DNA of 64,000 nt, taken from NCBI RefSeq assembly GCF_009914755.1, contig NC_060933.1; one strand, given 5' to 3'. Every line of letters begins with the position of its first letter. The stretch's first letter is position 1. Of this stretch, positions 29,831-45,640 are shown piece by piece. Source of the stretch: the human T2T-CHM13v2.0 reference genome, Homo sapiens. The position numbers and the translations under genes were made by a program. The notes beneath the pieces are model-generated. The model made no database searches, had not been told where the DNA came from, and saw only the letters and a list, made by a program, of their open reading frames with translations.

Positions 29831-30112
29831 GGCCAGGCACAATGGCTCACGCCTGTAATCTCAGCACTTCAAGAGGCTGAGGCAGGAGCATTGCTTGAGC
29901 CCAGGAGTTCAAGATTAGCCTGGGCAACATAGTGAGACCTTGTCTCTATTAAAAATAAAAAAAATTAGCCAGGCGTGGTGGTGGTATGTGTCTGTAGTCA
30001 CAACTACTCATGAGGCTGAGGTGAGAGGATTGCCTAAGCCCAGGAGGTTGAGGTGGCAGTGAGATGTGATTGCACCACTGCATTCCAGCCTGGGCAACAG
30101 AGCAAGACCCTG

Positions 30113-30158
<46 letters not shown>
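29831..30158 (+). mobile_element. AluJ with a (CA)n tail
   Basis: Alu dimer followed by a CA repeat at 30117-30158. Confidence 0.92.
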
Positions 30159-30164
<6 letters not shown>

Positions 30165-30510
30165 TTCTTAGATAAGAGTGTAGTTTGCAGAATCAACGTC
30201 TTCCTGTAATGGACAGGTATTGATTTTTTGTGCCTCCTCTTCAACATTACTCCTTCTGTTAGAGACTCCCACTCTTCCCTATGTGGTTGGGACAGGCTAA
30301 CTACGGGGTCGCTATGGCCTGGGTGACTTATATCTGGCCAATCAGAGCACTATACCCCTCTGGCCACAGTTGATTTGTTCAAGGATCAACATGTGGCCCA
30401 AGAAGGACTAATGAGCAATGTCCCTTCTTCTCCCAGGACTTCTGCTGCAAATGTTGAGTAAAAGGCTTTTCCTTTCCTCTGGAATGGCCAGTCTGGAGTA
30501 GCAAGGGTGC

Positions 30511-31135
30511 TGTATTAGTTTCCAAGGACTCCTCTAACAAATTATCCAGACTTGGTGGCTTCAAACAACAGAAATTGATTCTCTTACAGTTCTGGAGGCT
30601 AAAAGTCCAAAATATCAAGGTGTCAGCAGGGACAGGCTTCTTCTTCTTTTTCTTTTCTTTCTTTTTTTTTTTTTTAGATAGGGTTTCACTCTGTCACCCT
30701 TCCTAGTAGCTGGGACCACAGGCATATGCCACCATGCCCAGCTAATTTAAAAAAATTTTTTTTTGTGGAGACAAGGTCTCACTCTGTTGCCCAGGCTGGA
30801 TACGCTCCTTCTGAAAACTCTAAGAAAGAATTCTTTCTTGCCTCTTCTAGCTTCTGGTGGCTCGCAGCCATCCTTGGCATTCCTTGGCTTGTAGCAGCAT
30901 CATTCTATTCTCTGCCCTCATCTTCACATGGCCTTCTCTCTGCCTATGATTTTCTCCTGTTGATGTGTCCTCTCCTCTTATAAGGAAACCAGTCATTGGA
31001 CTTGGGCTCACCCTAATCCAGTATGACCCCATCTTGGCTTAACTAATTGCATCTGCAAAGACTATTTCCAAATAAGCTCAATTCTGAGGTTTCGGATAGA
31101 AATGAATTTTGGAGGTACGCTGTCCATCTCATTAC
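30511..31135. mobile_element. MLT1 LTR interrupted by a rearranged Alu fragment (~30640-30800)
   Basis: TGTATTAGTTTCC..CAACAGAAATTGATTCTCTTACAGTTCTGGAGGCT; CATCTGCAAAGACTATTTCCAAATAAG. Confidence 0.8.
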
Positions 31136-31985
31136 AGCCATTATATGGAAAGAGCCTATCTGAGAAATAAGCCAAAAAGGAAGCTAGAGGGTTACGCCCT
31201 GGTATGCTGTATCAGACTCCCCCTGGACTGACCAGTTATGTAACCTGGTGAATTACTCCTCCCTTTTTTCCCCCCATAAGCTGATTTGAAGTAACAGAAG
31301 GAAACTGATTACCACTCCTCCTTTTGCAAAATTAAAAAATCATTTACACAGGACTAATGTTCCAAACTTCTCCCCGCTATATTCATCCTCCAAAAGTCTC
31401 TGACAAGGATTGAGCAATTTCATTTGGAAATTCTCTTAGTGCCTTGGATTTACTTCATTTGGCTAGGAAACTAACTTATTTTGACAAGCGAGATGATCTC
31501 TTACAATGTCTTCAGCCATTCCTTATAATTTTTATTGTGGAAAATTTTAAAAATATACAAAAATAGAGAAAATAGTGTAAGTCTCCAAGTTCCCATCACC
31601 CCACTTAAAAAAAAAATCAACATTTAGCCATGTTTATTTCATCTATACCCCCAACTTCCCTCCACCTCCTGCAGGATTAAAGGAAAATTCAGATAACATG
31701 TACAGTAGTACCCGCTTATCCATCGCTTTCCGATGTCTCAGTTACTGGAGGTTAACCGTGGCCTAAAAATATTAAATGGAAAATTTCAGAAATAAAAAAT
31801 TCATAAGTTTTAAATTGCACACTGCTCTGAGTAGTGTGACGAAATCTTGCCCTGTCCCTTGCCATCCCACCCAGGACATGAATCATCCTTTTTTCCAGCT
31901 TATCCATACTGTGTATATTGCCTGCTCATTAGATAGCTACCCATTAGTAGCTGTTTTGGTTATCAAATAAAAAAAACATAGGATG

Positions 31986-32494
31986 ATACCCAAAGGACTA
32001 TAAATCATGCTGCTATAAAGACACATGCACACGTATGTTTATTGCGGCACTATTCACAATAGCAAAGACTTGGAACCAACCCAAATGTCCAACAATGATA
32101 GACTGGATTAAGAAAATGTGGCACATATACACCATGGAATACTATGCAGCCATAAAAAATGATGAGTTCATGTCCTTTGTAGGGACATGGATGAAATTGG
32201 AAATCATCATTCTCAGTAAACTATCGCAAGAACAAAAAACCAAACACCGCATATTCTCACTCATAGGTGGGAATTGAACAATGAGATCACATGGATACAG
32301 GAAGGGGAACATCACACTCTGGACTGTTGTGGGGTGGGGGGAGGGGGGAGGGATAGCATTGGGAGATATACCCAATGCTAGATGACAAGTTAGTGGGTGC
32401 AGCGCACCAGCGTGGCACATGTATACATATGTAACTAACCTGCACAATGTGCACATGTACCCTAAAACTTAAAGTATAATAATAAAAGAAAAAA
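31986..32494 (+). mobile_element. Young L1PA (L1PA2-like) 3' end, 5'-truncated
   Basis: ORF2 C-terminus MFIAALFTIAKTWNQPKCPTMIDWIKKMWHIYTMEYYAAIKNDEFMSFVGTWMKLEIIILSKLSQEQKTKHRIFSLIGGN is intact; 3' UTR GAGATCACATGG, CCTGCACAATGTG; A-tail. Confidence 0.95.
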
Positions 32495-32880
32495 GAAAAT
32501 GTGGCACATATACACCATGGAATACTATGCAGCCATAAAAAAGGATGAGTTCATGTCCTTTGCAGGGACATGGATGAAGCTGGACACCATCATTCTCAGC
32601 AAACTAACACAGGAACAGAAAACCAAACACCGCATGTTCTCACTTGTTAAGTGGGAGTTGAACAATGAGAACACATGGACACAGGGAGGGGAACATCACA
32701 CGCTGGGGCCTGCTGGGGGTTGGGGGTGCTAAGGGAGGGATAGCATTTAGAGAAATACCTAATGTAGGTGATGGGTTGGTGAGTGCAGCAAACCACCACG
32801 GCACATGTATACCTATGTAACAAACCTGCACATCCTGCACATGTATCCCAGAACTTAAAGTATAATAATAATAAAAAAGG
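32495..32880 (+). mobile_element. Older L1PA (L1PA7/8-like) 3' end
   Basis: AAAAAGGATGAGTTCATGTCCTTTGCAGGG, CAAACTAACACAGGAACAG, GCAGCAAACCACCACGGCAC, ACATGTATCCCAGAACTTAAAG. Confidence 0.9.
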
Positions 32881-32949
32881 AAATATAAAAAAGAAAAAGA
32901 ATTGTCATCAATCTTGAAAAATAAAACAAAATAAAATAAAGTCACTCTT

Positions 32950-32992
<43 letters not shown>

Positions 32993-33269
32993 CATAGGAT
33001 GTATGTAGGGTTCAATACAATCAGCAGTTTCCAGCATCCACTGGGGGTCTGAGAACATATACCCAAGGATAAGGGTGGACTACTGTAATTAATTTACCCT
33101 CTTCAACCACTATCCTGAGCTTAAAATTCGCTCATAACTGCATTTGATAAGCTCTGTCGCCTGCAAGACAAAGCAAGTTACTTTACACATAGGAAGTGGA
33201 CAATTGAGGTTTGTAAATACAGTCCCTGCCCTCAGAATTTTCAGTCTAATAGGAGAGAAAAGACAAGAA

Positions 33270-33432
33270 CCTCCTCCAGGTGCTCACCAAACTTTAATGT
33301 GGATCACCTGGGGAGCTGTTAAAATGCAGACTCTGTTCAAGTAGTTAGGAACTGCATTCTGGAGTTCCAACAAGCTCTCGGGCAATACCAATGCTGCTGA
33401 TCCACAGATCACACTTTGAGCTGCAACGCTCT
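33270..33432. mobile_element. MER5-family hAT MITE
   Basis: GATCACCTGGGGAGCTGTTAAAATGCAGACTC...ATCACACTTTGAG. Confidence 0.75.
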
Positions 33433-33699
33433 AAACCATCATGCAAAGGAGATAATGATAGGGTGCTGTATAAGGTAGAGATAATGGGCCACACTGTTTA
33501 AGACCTGGCTTGTTAAATAGCTTCCCACAATTATCCAAATTAATTTTTTAAATATTCCAGAATGAGACTAACATCAAGCCAACCACCAGGGAGCCACAAA
33601 AGAAATATTATAAACTCTGGGAAGAGAAGGCACAGTTACCTACCAGTTCAGGAAACATATATGATAGAGAGCAAACATGTCTAGCCAGCTCAGGGTGAC

Positions 33700-34470
33700 T
33701 CCTTTCTCCACAAACTTGCCCCTCTTTAGGAAGGGTCCTGGGTAGCCATGTTGATACTGCTTGACCCCAGCCTCCAGCCACAGCTGTCTGGGCCAGGGGT
33801 GAGCATGTGACCCAAGTTGGGCTAATCAGATGATTTCTCCTGAGAATTTAGATTTGCTATTCCGGAAAGCTAGTCGGCCCCTGGGTGTGGCTGGAATTGA
33901 GATGATGTAAACATTCCACCTTCTGCCAATGCACAGAGAAGCAAAGAAAGCTGAGAGAATGAAACAGACCACAGACAGAGAAGTGGACATAGAAATGAAA
34001 GAGAAATACCCATATTCCTGAGGCTTCTTTGCCCCCATTCTGGTCTTTCCTGAAGCCTATTAGCATTTCTGCCCATGGTTTCTGTGCCTTAGAACTCAAT
34101 CCCCTTATATTAAAAATCGTCCAAGTGTTGTACCAGTGAGTTTCAGATCTGCAAAAGCAAAGAGACTGGCTGGGCGCATTGACTCACACCTGTAATCCCA
34201 GCACTTTGGGAAACTGAGATGGGCAGGTCACTCGAGGTCAGGAGTTCGAGACCAGACTGGCTAACATGGTGAAACCCGGTCTCTATTAAAAATACAGAAA
34301 TTGGCCTGGGGCAGTGGCGGGCGCCTGTAGTCCCAGCTATTCAGGAAGCTGAGGCACGAAGATCACTTGAACCTGGGAGGTGGAGGTTGCAGTGAGCCGA
34401 GATCGGGCCACTGCACTGTCCAGCCTGGCGACAGAGTGAGACTCTGTCTCAAACAAAAAAACAAAAGAAA
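33700..34470. mobile_element. ERVL-like LTR remnant (~33700-34165) followed by an AluS (34168-34470)
   Basis: GGCCAGGGGTGAGCATGTGACCCAAGTTGGGCTAATCAGA; Alu TSD AAAGAGACTG. Confidence 0.65.
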
Positions 34471-34965
34471 GAGACTGATGAATAAACACAGTTCTACAAC
34501 AAGCAGGACAAAGTCAGAGAGGGAGAGAAGGTTAAGAGCCTAGAAATGCAGGTCAGTGTGAGTCCCCCAGGTGGGTAGGTAGGAGAGAGGCCATTCCTGA
34601 TAGGAGTGAAGTTTCAGGAACCAGAAAAGAAATTTCCTTCCTGCAGGCAGAGTGGAAGCCACCTGGTTCATGCTCCCTGGCTGCCGGGAATTCCTCACCT
34701 GGGAACTCCCCTCAACCTTCTTGTTTGTGTAGGATCAGCCATGCCAGAATGCACCTTGTTCCAGTCAAGCTCTGGGGCCACGGTAGCCCTGCTTTACTGC
34801 TGCCTGCGGTCTGGGGGAGCTGTTCCCAGCTGGCTGCCACTCTGCCCATTTTCCTAATCAGCATGCCACTCCCCAGGTCCCCAGCCTGGGGATGTGTGGC
34901 TTGGCTGAGCTGCAGGTGGGTCCCGAAGTCCATGGCGATGATCTGTGCCCAGTCCTTTTGTTCCA

Positions 34966-35080
34966 GGTAGACGACCAACTTGTCCTGCCTTTCCCAGGAC
35001 CATCCCAGTTATAAAATGAAAAGTCCCAAATCTCAAGAACCCTCTCAGTTCTGGGGAAACTGGTAGGGTTAGTCACCCTA
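34966..35080. mobile_element. MER96-like hAT-Tip100 MITE
   Basis: GACCAACTTGTCCTGCCTTTCCCAGGAC...GGTTAGTCACCCTA termini. Confidence 0.65.
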
Positions 35081-38000
35081 ATTATAGAGACCCCAGGTCC
35101 TCAGTGGAAACTGCCTGAGCATTGTGCCCTGAAGACAGCATCCCAACCCTGAGGACCCCAGACCTCCAAACTCTACCCTCTTAAGGAGTCCCACACAACT
35201 GGATATTCCTGAAACCCCCATATCTCTCCATAGACCTGTGTGCAGTATGAGTCAGATTAGATTCTGAAGCCTCCCAGTCTTGAACTGGGTGACCCGGACA
35301 TGTTACCTAACTTCACTGTGTCTTATCTGGAAAGTAATATCCAAAATAGCACATGTGCCTCATGGGATCATGGGAGTATTGCCTGGGAATTCCCCTCGAC
35401 TTCCTGATTGTGTCAGGACCAGCCATATGCCAGAAAGCACCTTGTTCCCATCAAGCTCTGGGGCCACAGAGTCCCTGCCAGCTGAGGCTGTAGTTTGGCC
35501 CCATAGAAAGTTTTATTCTCTCAGCTTTAATTTTCAAAATATTCTGACTATATAAAAGTCAGCAGTTACTTTCATGACCTTACCCTAATCTAGTCATTGC
35601 CTCCTCCTTCCCATGGCCCACCTCCCACTCTGTTGGGTACACATCAGAGTGCCAGTGGTATGGCACAGTTTCTGCACAGGCAGTGGGAGGACCCAGGCTG
35701 CCTGCAGAGGCTTCACCTAGTCCTTCCTCTCTCTGGTGTTAGACCAGGGCCCGATTTCTGTAATCTCCAGGCTGAATCCCTGGAGGGGGAAAGCTCATGG
35801 AGCTAGTTAGAAGGGCCTAGCAGGAAAGGGGCTGTCAAAGGACTTCAGTTGCTTGGCCAGCACTCTGATACGAGCAGAGGACCCTGCGTCTCTGGTCCCC
35901 ATGTTCTTACACCTGTCAGCAAGAAGTTCCAGCTCAGGAGGGACTGTCCCCTGTGAACCCTGGAAATACGGAAGAGGCATGAGCACATTTTATGCATGCA
36001 CAGTGGGGGCAGCTGATGAAGTCCTTGCAGCCAGCTCTCCCACCTGACAATTGTCACATGGGGGTGAGGGCTGTCTGCTCACAAAGGCAACCTGGCCCAC
36101 ATAGATTTCTTAATTGCTGTTCACCACAGAGAAGTGTATACACTAATACGGGCATTGTATGTCCCAACGACAGCAAATCCCAAAGCCCCGGTGCTGGGTT
36201 TCAGGCCCTTTAAGGAGAAAACCCCAGAAGTGCATGGAAGTCTCACCACCTCCTCTGCGCCAGCCACACTGAGTCGGCTCTCAAAGGCCTCTTGTGACTG
36301 TCCTTTCTCTCATCTTTCCCCACGTTGATAAATGTTCTGGGATTAGCCCTTCTGTGTTTATTGGATGAGCAATTTGTGTCTGTCTGAAAAGCTACATCTG
36401 AATACTATTTGGCATGAGCTGAAGAAATGTGATCTGCTGCATTCCCCTCCAGCCAACTCTCTGGAGCTAGCCTGTCTCCTGCCAGCAGGGCCTACAGCTC
36501 TTCAGCAGGGTCTGGCAGCCTCACACGTTTGCTGAGGGGAGTGGTTGCACGCAGGAAGGTGGAGGAGGTGCCTAGGGTGGGACCGGGAACCCAGAGAGAC
36601 AGAGGCAAAGCACCTTAGCAAATTGGCCAGTAGATCTAGAGCCCCTCTAATAATTTAGGGACATCACAGATGTGTGTGGTGAGCCCCAAGCCCTAGGGAC
36701 AGGAAAAGCAGGTCCCCCATACAGCTCAGGAGCCTGAGTGGTTTCCTGAGCCCAGTGTCCTGGGTATGAACTGCAGCAGAGGTGATTCAAGAGAGTCCAG
36801 TGGGTAGCATCCCAGATCCCAGGTCTGGGAGGGATTAGTGTTGAGCTCTTGAGATTTGTGTGTTTGTGTGGGATGAAATGGGAGAGAATGGGCAGGAGGG
36901 TTGGGGAGGGCGGTAGAATAAGCTGTACCGAGGCTATTCAAATGTTTCCTGACTCCATCAGCACAGGTCCTGGAATTGGGAGGCCAGAGCTTGCAGCTGT
37001 GGCAATCAAGGGCCCAGTTAAAATACGCTAAGGAGTGTAGGGGAAGAGAGAATTTAGTTGGTATGGATGTGGGTGTGTCAACGACTTTCCCTAGCCCATA
37101 TTCCCCAACCCAAGCCTTCTGCTGTGACCCCCTCAGCACTCTCCCTGCTATTCTCTTCGGGCCACATCACTTCTCCTTGTATCCCATCACTCATGTCTTT
37201 GTCTTCCCTCTACCTCTTCCCTACCCTTCCCAAGTCAGGGATCCCAGGGCAGGACACCATCCTTGTGTTCCTGATAGTGAGCATTGAACTGGCCACCAAT
37301 GAGGCATCAATAATGGTTTCCTGAATAAAGGAATAAATGAGAGAGGCTGGGAATTCAAACTTCAGTGGCCACAGGTTCACAAGAAGATGACAAATGACAG
37401 ATCAGACAGAGGTAACAATACAGGAGATCAGCTCAGGAGTGAAAACATCATCCTTGGAGTGCAAAGGAGTAGGTAAAGCCAGCTCATGACAGGAACTTGG
37501 GCACTTCAGCAGCCAGAGTCCATCTGATGAATGGCAAATGGTGTTTCACATGGTTCCAAATAGTCAGCAAACAGCTTTTGAATCCCTACTTTGTACCATA
37601 CTCCATAGGACACCATCTGTCTCCACAAGCAGTTAAAAAATATGTGCACTCCTAAAAAGATAGGAGCAATCTGTGCTCTAACAGAGGTGTACAGAGAGGG
37701 TTATATAGATTCAGAAAAGGAAGAGGTTAATTTCACTTGGAGAAGCAAGGAAGGTTTCCTGGGGATGGGGGTGACGTTAGACCTGAATCTGGAACAAGGT
37801 CTGCAAATGCATCCCAAGTGTGCTGTTTCCCCTACACACACACCCAATCTGTACATCTATAGTGGATTTTTGCAAACTGATCCTTTTACTTTTTACTCTT
37901 TAGACTTGTGGGTGAGGTTTGTGAATGGAGAACAGCGGATGGTGTGGCTGAAAAAATAGGTTGAAGCAATATCTGGATTAGGATTTTGTCAAGCTAAGGA

Positions 38001-38679
38001 ATGCGGGCTCAGGCTTGCAGAGGGAGAGGGACTTACATAGCTGTGTTCAGGAAGACATTCTGGCAGCAGCGCACAGGGAGGGCTGGGGTGGGAGGTGGGC
38101 AGACCAGCCAGACGTCTGTCCCAGGCAACAAGTGATGAGGCCTCCTCTGAGCTCCTGCCATACTTGGCTGAAACATCTGTTTGACACTCATCCCACTGTC
38201 TCTCTTGGAGCTGCCTTTTGATAGCATGACGGCCCCACAAGCCTGCGGGTTCCTTGACAGCAGGGGCTGTTTGTTGCCCCAGGCCTGACATGGTTCTTGG
38301 CAGGTGCTCATTATATATTTGTGAAGTTACTGAATAGGGCAGTGAAAAAAGGACAAGAGGCATACAGAGAAGGGCACAGATTTCCGGGATAACATTCTGT
38401 TTAGCAAGTGGAGTTCCCGTGGCCTGGGCATTGACACAGCTGTCTTTTGGTGTGTGTGGAGAAGTATAGGCATGTGCAGGCAGCCCAGGCAGAGAAGGAG
38501 CCACAGCTCCCTCCAGTTGGAGTGGGAGCTGCTGTCATTCTATTTGTGTGTGCATGCATGTGTATGTGTGTCTCAGAGACGGACTTGCACAGAGTGTTTG
38601 GCTTTTCAGAGAGACCTGGACAGACAGACAGGAGACTTCATGATTTACTATCCTAAGATGTCTTGAGAGGTATATTAAA

Positions 38680-39783
<1,104 letters not shown>

Positions 39784-40466
39784 TCAATTGATCTTCCCCT
39801 GTATCTTCCTGTTGTGTTATAGTGCCTATTCACCACGGGAGGGAAAAAAGCAAGGTGCAGAGATTCGAGGAAGGGACAAAGATAATTCTCCTGGGAACAG
39901 CCAAGGGCTGGGCTGAGGAGCCTGTGGGAAGTGATTGATTCAGTGTCACCAGGGGAATCAGGAATAAGAAACCCCACCACCCATCAATCTCATGGCAGAG
40001 ATCTGAAAAGGGACATTTCGTGCTGACTTCTCCATCCTTCTTCCATCTTAACTTACTTAAAGTAAAATTTGATGAAGCCAAGGAAAGCAAATAAAAGAAC
40101 AGTGAGGTCCCATTTTAACCTATTAAAAATTTAAGCAGGACTATAATAGTCGTGCTGGCAGGGGTGGGGAAATGGCTTGCTTCTAAATGGCTGGTGACAA
40201 GCTAAAGTGGTCCAACCTGTGAAAAACAATTTATTTGGTCATGAGGGTTAAGAGCTACAAAAGCTTTCTTTATTTTTGACCCAGTAATCTTACTTTTTAG
40301 AAACAACTCCTGGAGTCACAAAATAAAATGCAATTAGTGTCATGTGCAAGAGATACATCTAAAACAGTGTTTCTCAGAAAGATCAAAAGTAAAAGGATAG
40401 GAAAAAATAGAAAGCAAAAATAAACGCCGTACATGCAAATACATGCAACAAGAAAACAGACGTTAC

Positions 40467-40790
40467 TGCCGGGCATGGTGGCTCACACCTGTAATCCCAG
40501 CACTTTGGGAGGCCGAGGCGGGCAGATCACCTGAGGTCGGGAATTCAAGACCAGCCTGACCAACATGGAGAAACCCCGTCTCTACTAAAAATACAAAATT
40601 AGCTGGGCGTGGTGGCGCACGCCTATAATCCCAGCTACTCGGGAGACTGAGGCAGGAGAATTACTTGAACCCGGGAGGTGGAGGGTGGAGGTTGCAGTGA
40701 GCCAAGATCGCACCATTACACTCCAGCCTGGGCAACAAGAGCAAAACTGTCTCAAAAAAAAAAAAAAAGAAAAAAAAGAAAAGAAAAAGA
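40467..40790 (+). mobile_element. AluS within old L1M fragments (~40060-41120)
   Basis: TSD AAGAAAACAGACGTTAC/AAGAAAACAGAGGTTAC. Confidence 0.9.
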
Positions 40791-42509
40791 AAACAGAGGT
40801 TACAATGTTAATATCAGACATGGTTGAATTCACCAAAAAAAAAGAAAAATCAGAAAACAAGACACAGAAGAACACCTTGTAATGATAAAGGCTGAAAGCT
40901 ACGATGAAGATGTCATGCATTTTTATGCATAAAATATAGCAACAGAATTTATAAAGCAAAAAATGGGAACTACATGGAGAAACAGAAATATAATAATAGA
41001 AGGAAATTTTAATTCATTTCTCTTAGCCCACGACTCATCAGTAAACCATACAGTAAATAAGGATATAGATGACTTGATTTGTTAATTTATAAGGTAGATT
41101 GAATTAAAATATATTAAACTTCAAAGTCGGGCTTGGTGGCTCTGGCCTGTAACCCCAGCACTTTGGGAGGCTGAGGTGGGTGGAATGGTTGAGCCCAGGA
41201 GTTTGATACCAGCCTGGGAAACATGGTGAAACCCTGCTCTACAAAAGTGTACAAAAATTAGCTGGGCATGGTGGCACCACTGTGCCATGACCCCCCCAGG
41301 GGGTCTACAGAGGCAGCAGCAACTCCATATCCTTTGGTGTGTTTTTCCTCCTGCACCTGGCAGATGGCACCCTTCATGCCTGATAACTTTATCAACTAAT
41401 TCATTAATCCATGACAGACATGTCAACAATTACAAAAATAGCTTTAGAGAAACATGCAAAAATGCAGTGGGGACCCAGGAAGAGGAGTATCTAAGCCTCA
41501 CTGGCTTGGAGCAGGACTTTGAGTGAGTAGGAAAAAGACTTGGGGCTGAAGAAAGAAAACGCAGTTATAGAGTAGAGCTTGAGTCCCCTGCAGCTTCTTG
41601 TAAGGCTGAACCACTGTTTCCCACAAGGCCATGCCCAGTGGCTGGAACACAGCAACTATGAAGCTCCTCTAGAGGGTTCTCTGCAAATCCTTCTCTCTGC
41701 CTCAGCCTTCCCAGCCTTAAATCATTGGTCAGAGCTTTTTCCCTAAGGAGCACTGAGATTTGCCAGAGTCCTAAAGTGAGCAGTAATGGAGCAGAAATTA
41801 GGAGCCGAATGAATTATAGTCCTAGCGTTTCTATTCTTAACTCCTAGGCTTTTATGGAGCTCTTAGGGTTGAGCTGCATTTTGAAAGCCCACACATGGAA
41901 TACATGGTGGGTACAAGTGACTCACCATTAGAAAAAATTAAGTTAGGGCCCCAAGTCATGGCTGACACTAGAATAAATTCCAGATGGCTTAAAGATTTGA
42001 ATGTAAAACATGAAATCATAAAAATAGTAAAATAAGAAAATAGGAAATTTATAATTTTGGAAAGGAGGGAGAATACAGATCATTTTAAGTTTAACACCAA
42101 GGCAGGTAAGAAGGAAAAGATTGATAGTAGTGCAAAAAAAGTCCTGCACCAGAAGACTATTTCAAAAGTGCAAAAATAGAAATAGAGTTAAGAAAGAACT
42201 CTACCCTAATGTCAGAGTTGTTTGATACAAAGAAAAGAGGGCCTTGGGCTACTCCTTGGGGTGCTTAATTGAGCAACTGTATCTAGAGTATTTGTGCCAA
42301 CTGTCCCCTTACTTCTGACACTTGTACTAATCAGCCAGCTGCAGTGGAGATTTTCTCCGCACCAAACCAGTGAATGCCCCAGGTAGCAACTATCCCCACT
42401 GGAGTAAGAAACTGGGTGTGCTGAAAGACATGATGGATTCTCTTCTTCCTGACATACGTGCCCCATGTATACGTCCAATCAACACATTCTTCTTCCCACA
42501 AAATTACTT

Positions 42510-43945
<1,436 letters not shown>

Positions 43946-43952
43946 AAATCCA

Positions 43953-44472
43953 CTGTGGGAAACCAGAATATGCCATCCCCAAAACATGCCACTCTGATGT
44001 AAGGATTATTTTGAGTTGAAGGCACTAGAGAAGAAGATTTACAAAGACAAAGGTGTCTTCCTACCCTCTCTGTCAGGAAAGACAAAAGTTAACCACCAGA
44101 GACAACTTTAGAGCTTAACAGCCTGGAGATGGCACCAAAGGAATCTACGTAGCAAGCTCTACTAAATAGCCTGTAACTGACACTTATTTGCCGTCCCACA
44201 ATTTGCAGCCCTTAGAAGTTCAATGCCCTTTTCCCTTGTCTTGCCACTTCTCTAAAAATTTACTGTTCTTTGTTGAAGATGCTATATGAACTGGAATTCC
44301 AAGCCACCTCTTTGAGGCCTGTTCATTCCCTGGGTATTTCAGATGTATATACAAAATATACATGCTAATACACTTGTTTGTTTTTCTCTCATTAATCTGT
44401 CTTTTCTTATAGGGGTTCATTCCAACTAAGAATTTATGAGAGTTGAGGAAAAAATTAATTTTAGTTCCTTAC
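43953..44472 (+). mobile_element. ERV1 solo LTR (MER34-like)
   Basis: TGTGGGAAACCAGAATATGCCATCCCCAAAA start; TGTTGAAGATGCTATATGAACTGGAATTC; ends TTCCTTACA. Confidence 0.7.
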
Positions 44473-44601
44473 ACTGCCATCTGAAAAACAAACACCTAAG
44501 AATGAGAATTAATGAGTACTAGCAGAGCAAGTCTTTAGATTAAGCATAATTAATATCTCAACAAGATACGTGAAAAGATATTTCATTTGCTAAAAGGAAT
44601 T

Positions 44602-45640
<1,039 letters not shown>

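Larger units (their letters stand above)
28140..31520 (-). mobile_element. Ancient L3/CR1 LINE fragments scattered between younger insertions
   Basis: CACCTCCAGTGACAGGGAGCTC..TCATGAGGCAGCC (28160-28200), ACTGAGTGCAGCATTCCAG..GGTCT..CAGAATAGAGCAGGA (28998-29046), ATCATCCAACCCATATTT (29624). Confidence 0.55.
31701..33087 (+). mobile_element. MER44-like Tigger element split by a composite L1 insertion
   Basis: TIRs TACAGTAGTACCCGCTTATCC (31701) and GGATAAGGGTGGACTACTGTA (to 33087). Confidence 0.85.

Noticed and set aside
32035-32732. Two ORFs with real protein similarity (L1 ORF2 C-terminus)
   Set aside because: Fragments of 5'-truncated L1 copies lacking promoter, endonuclease and RT; not genes.
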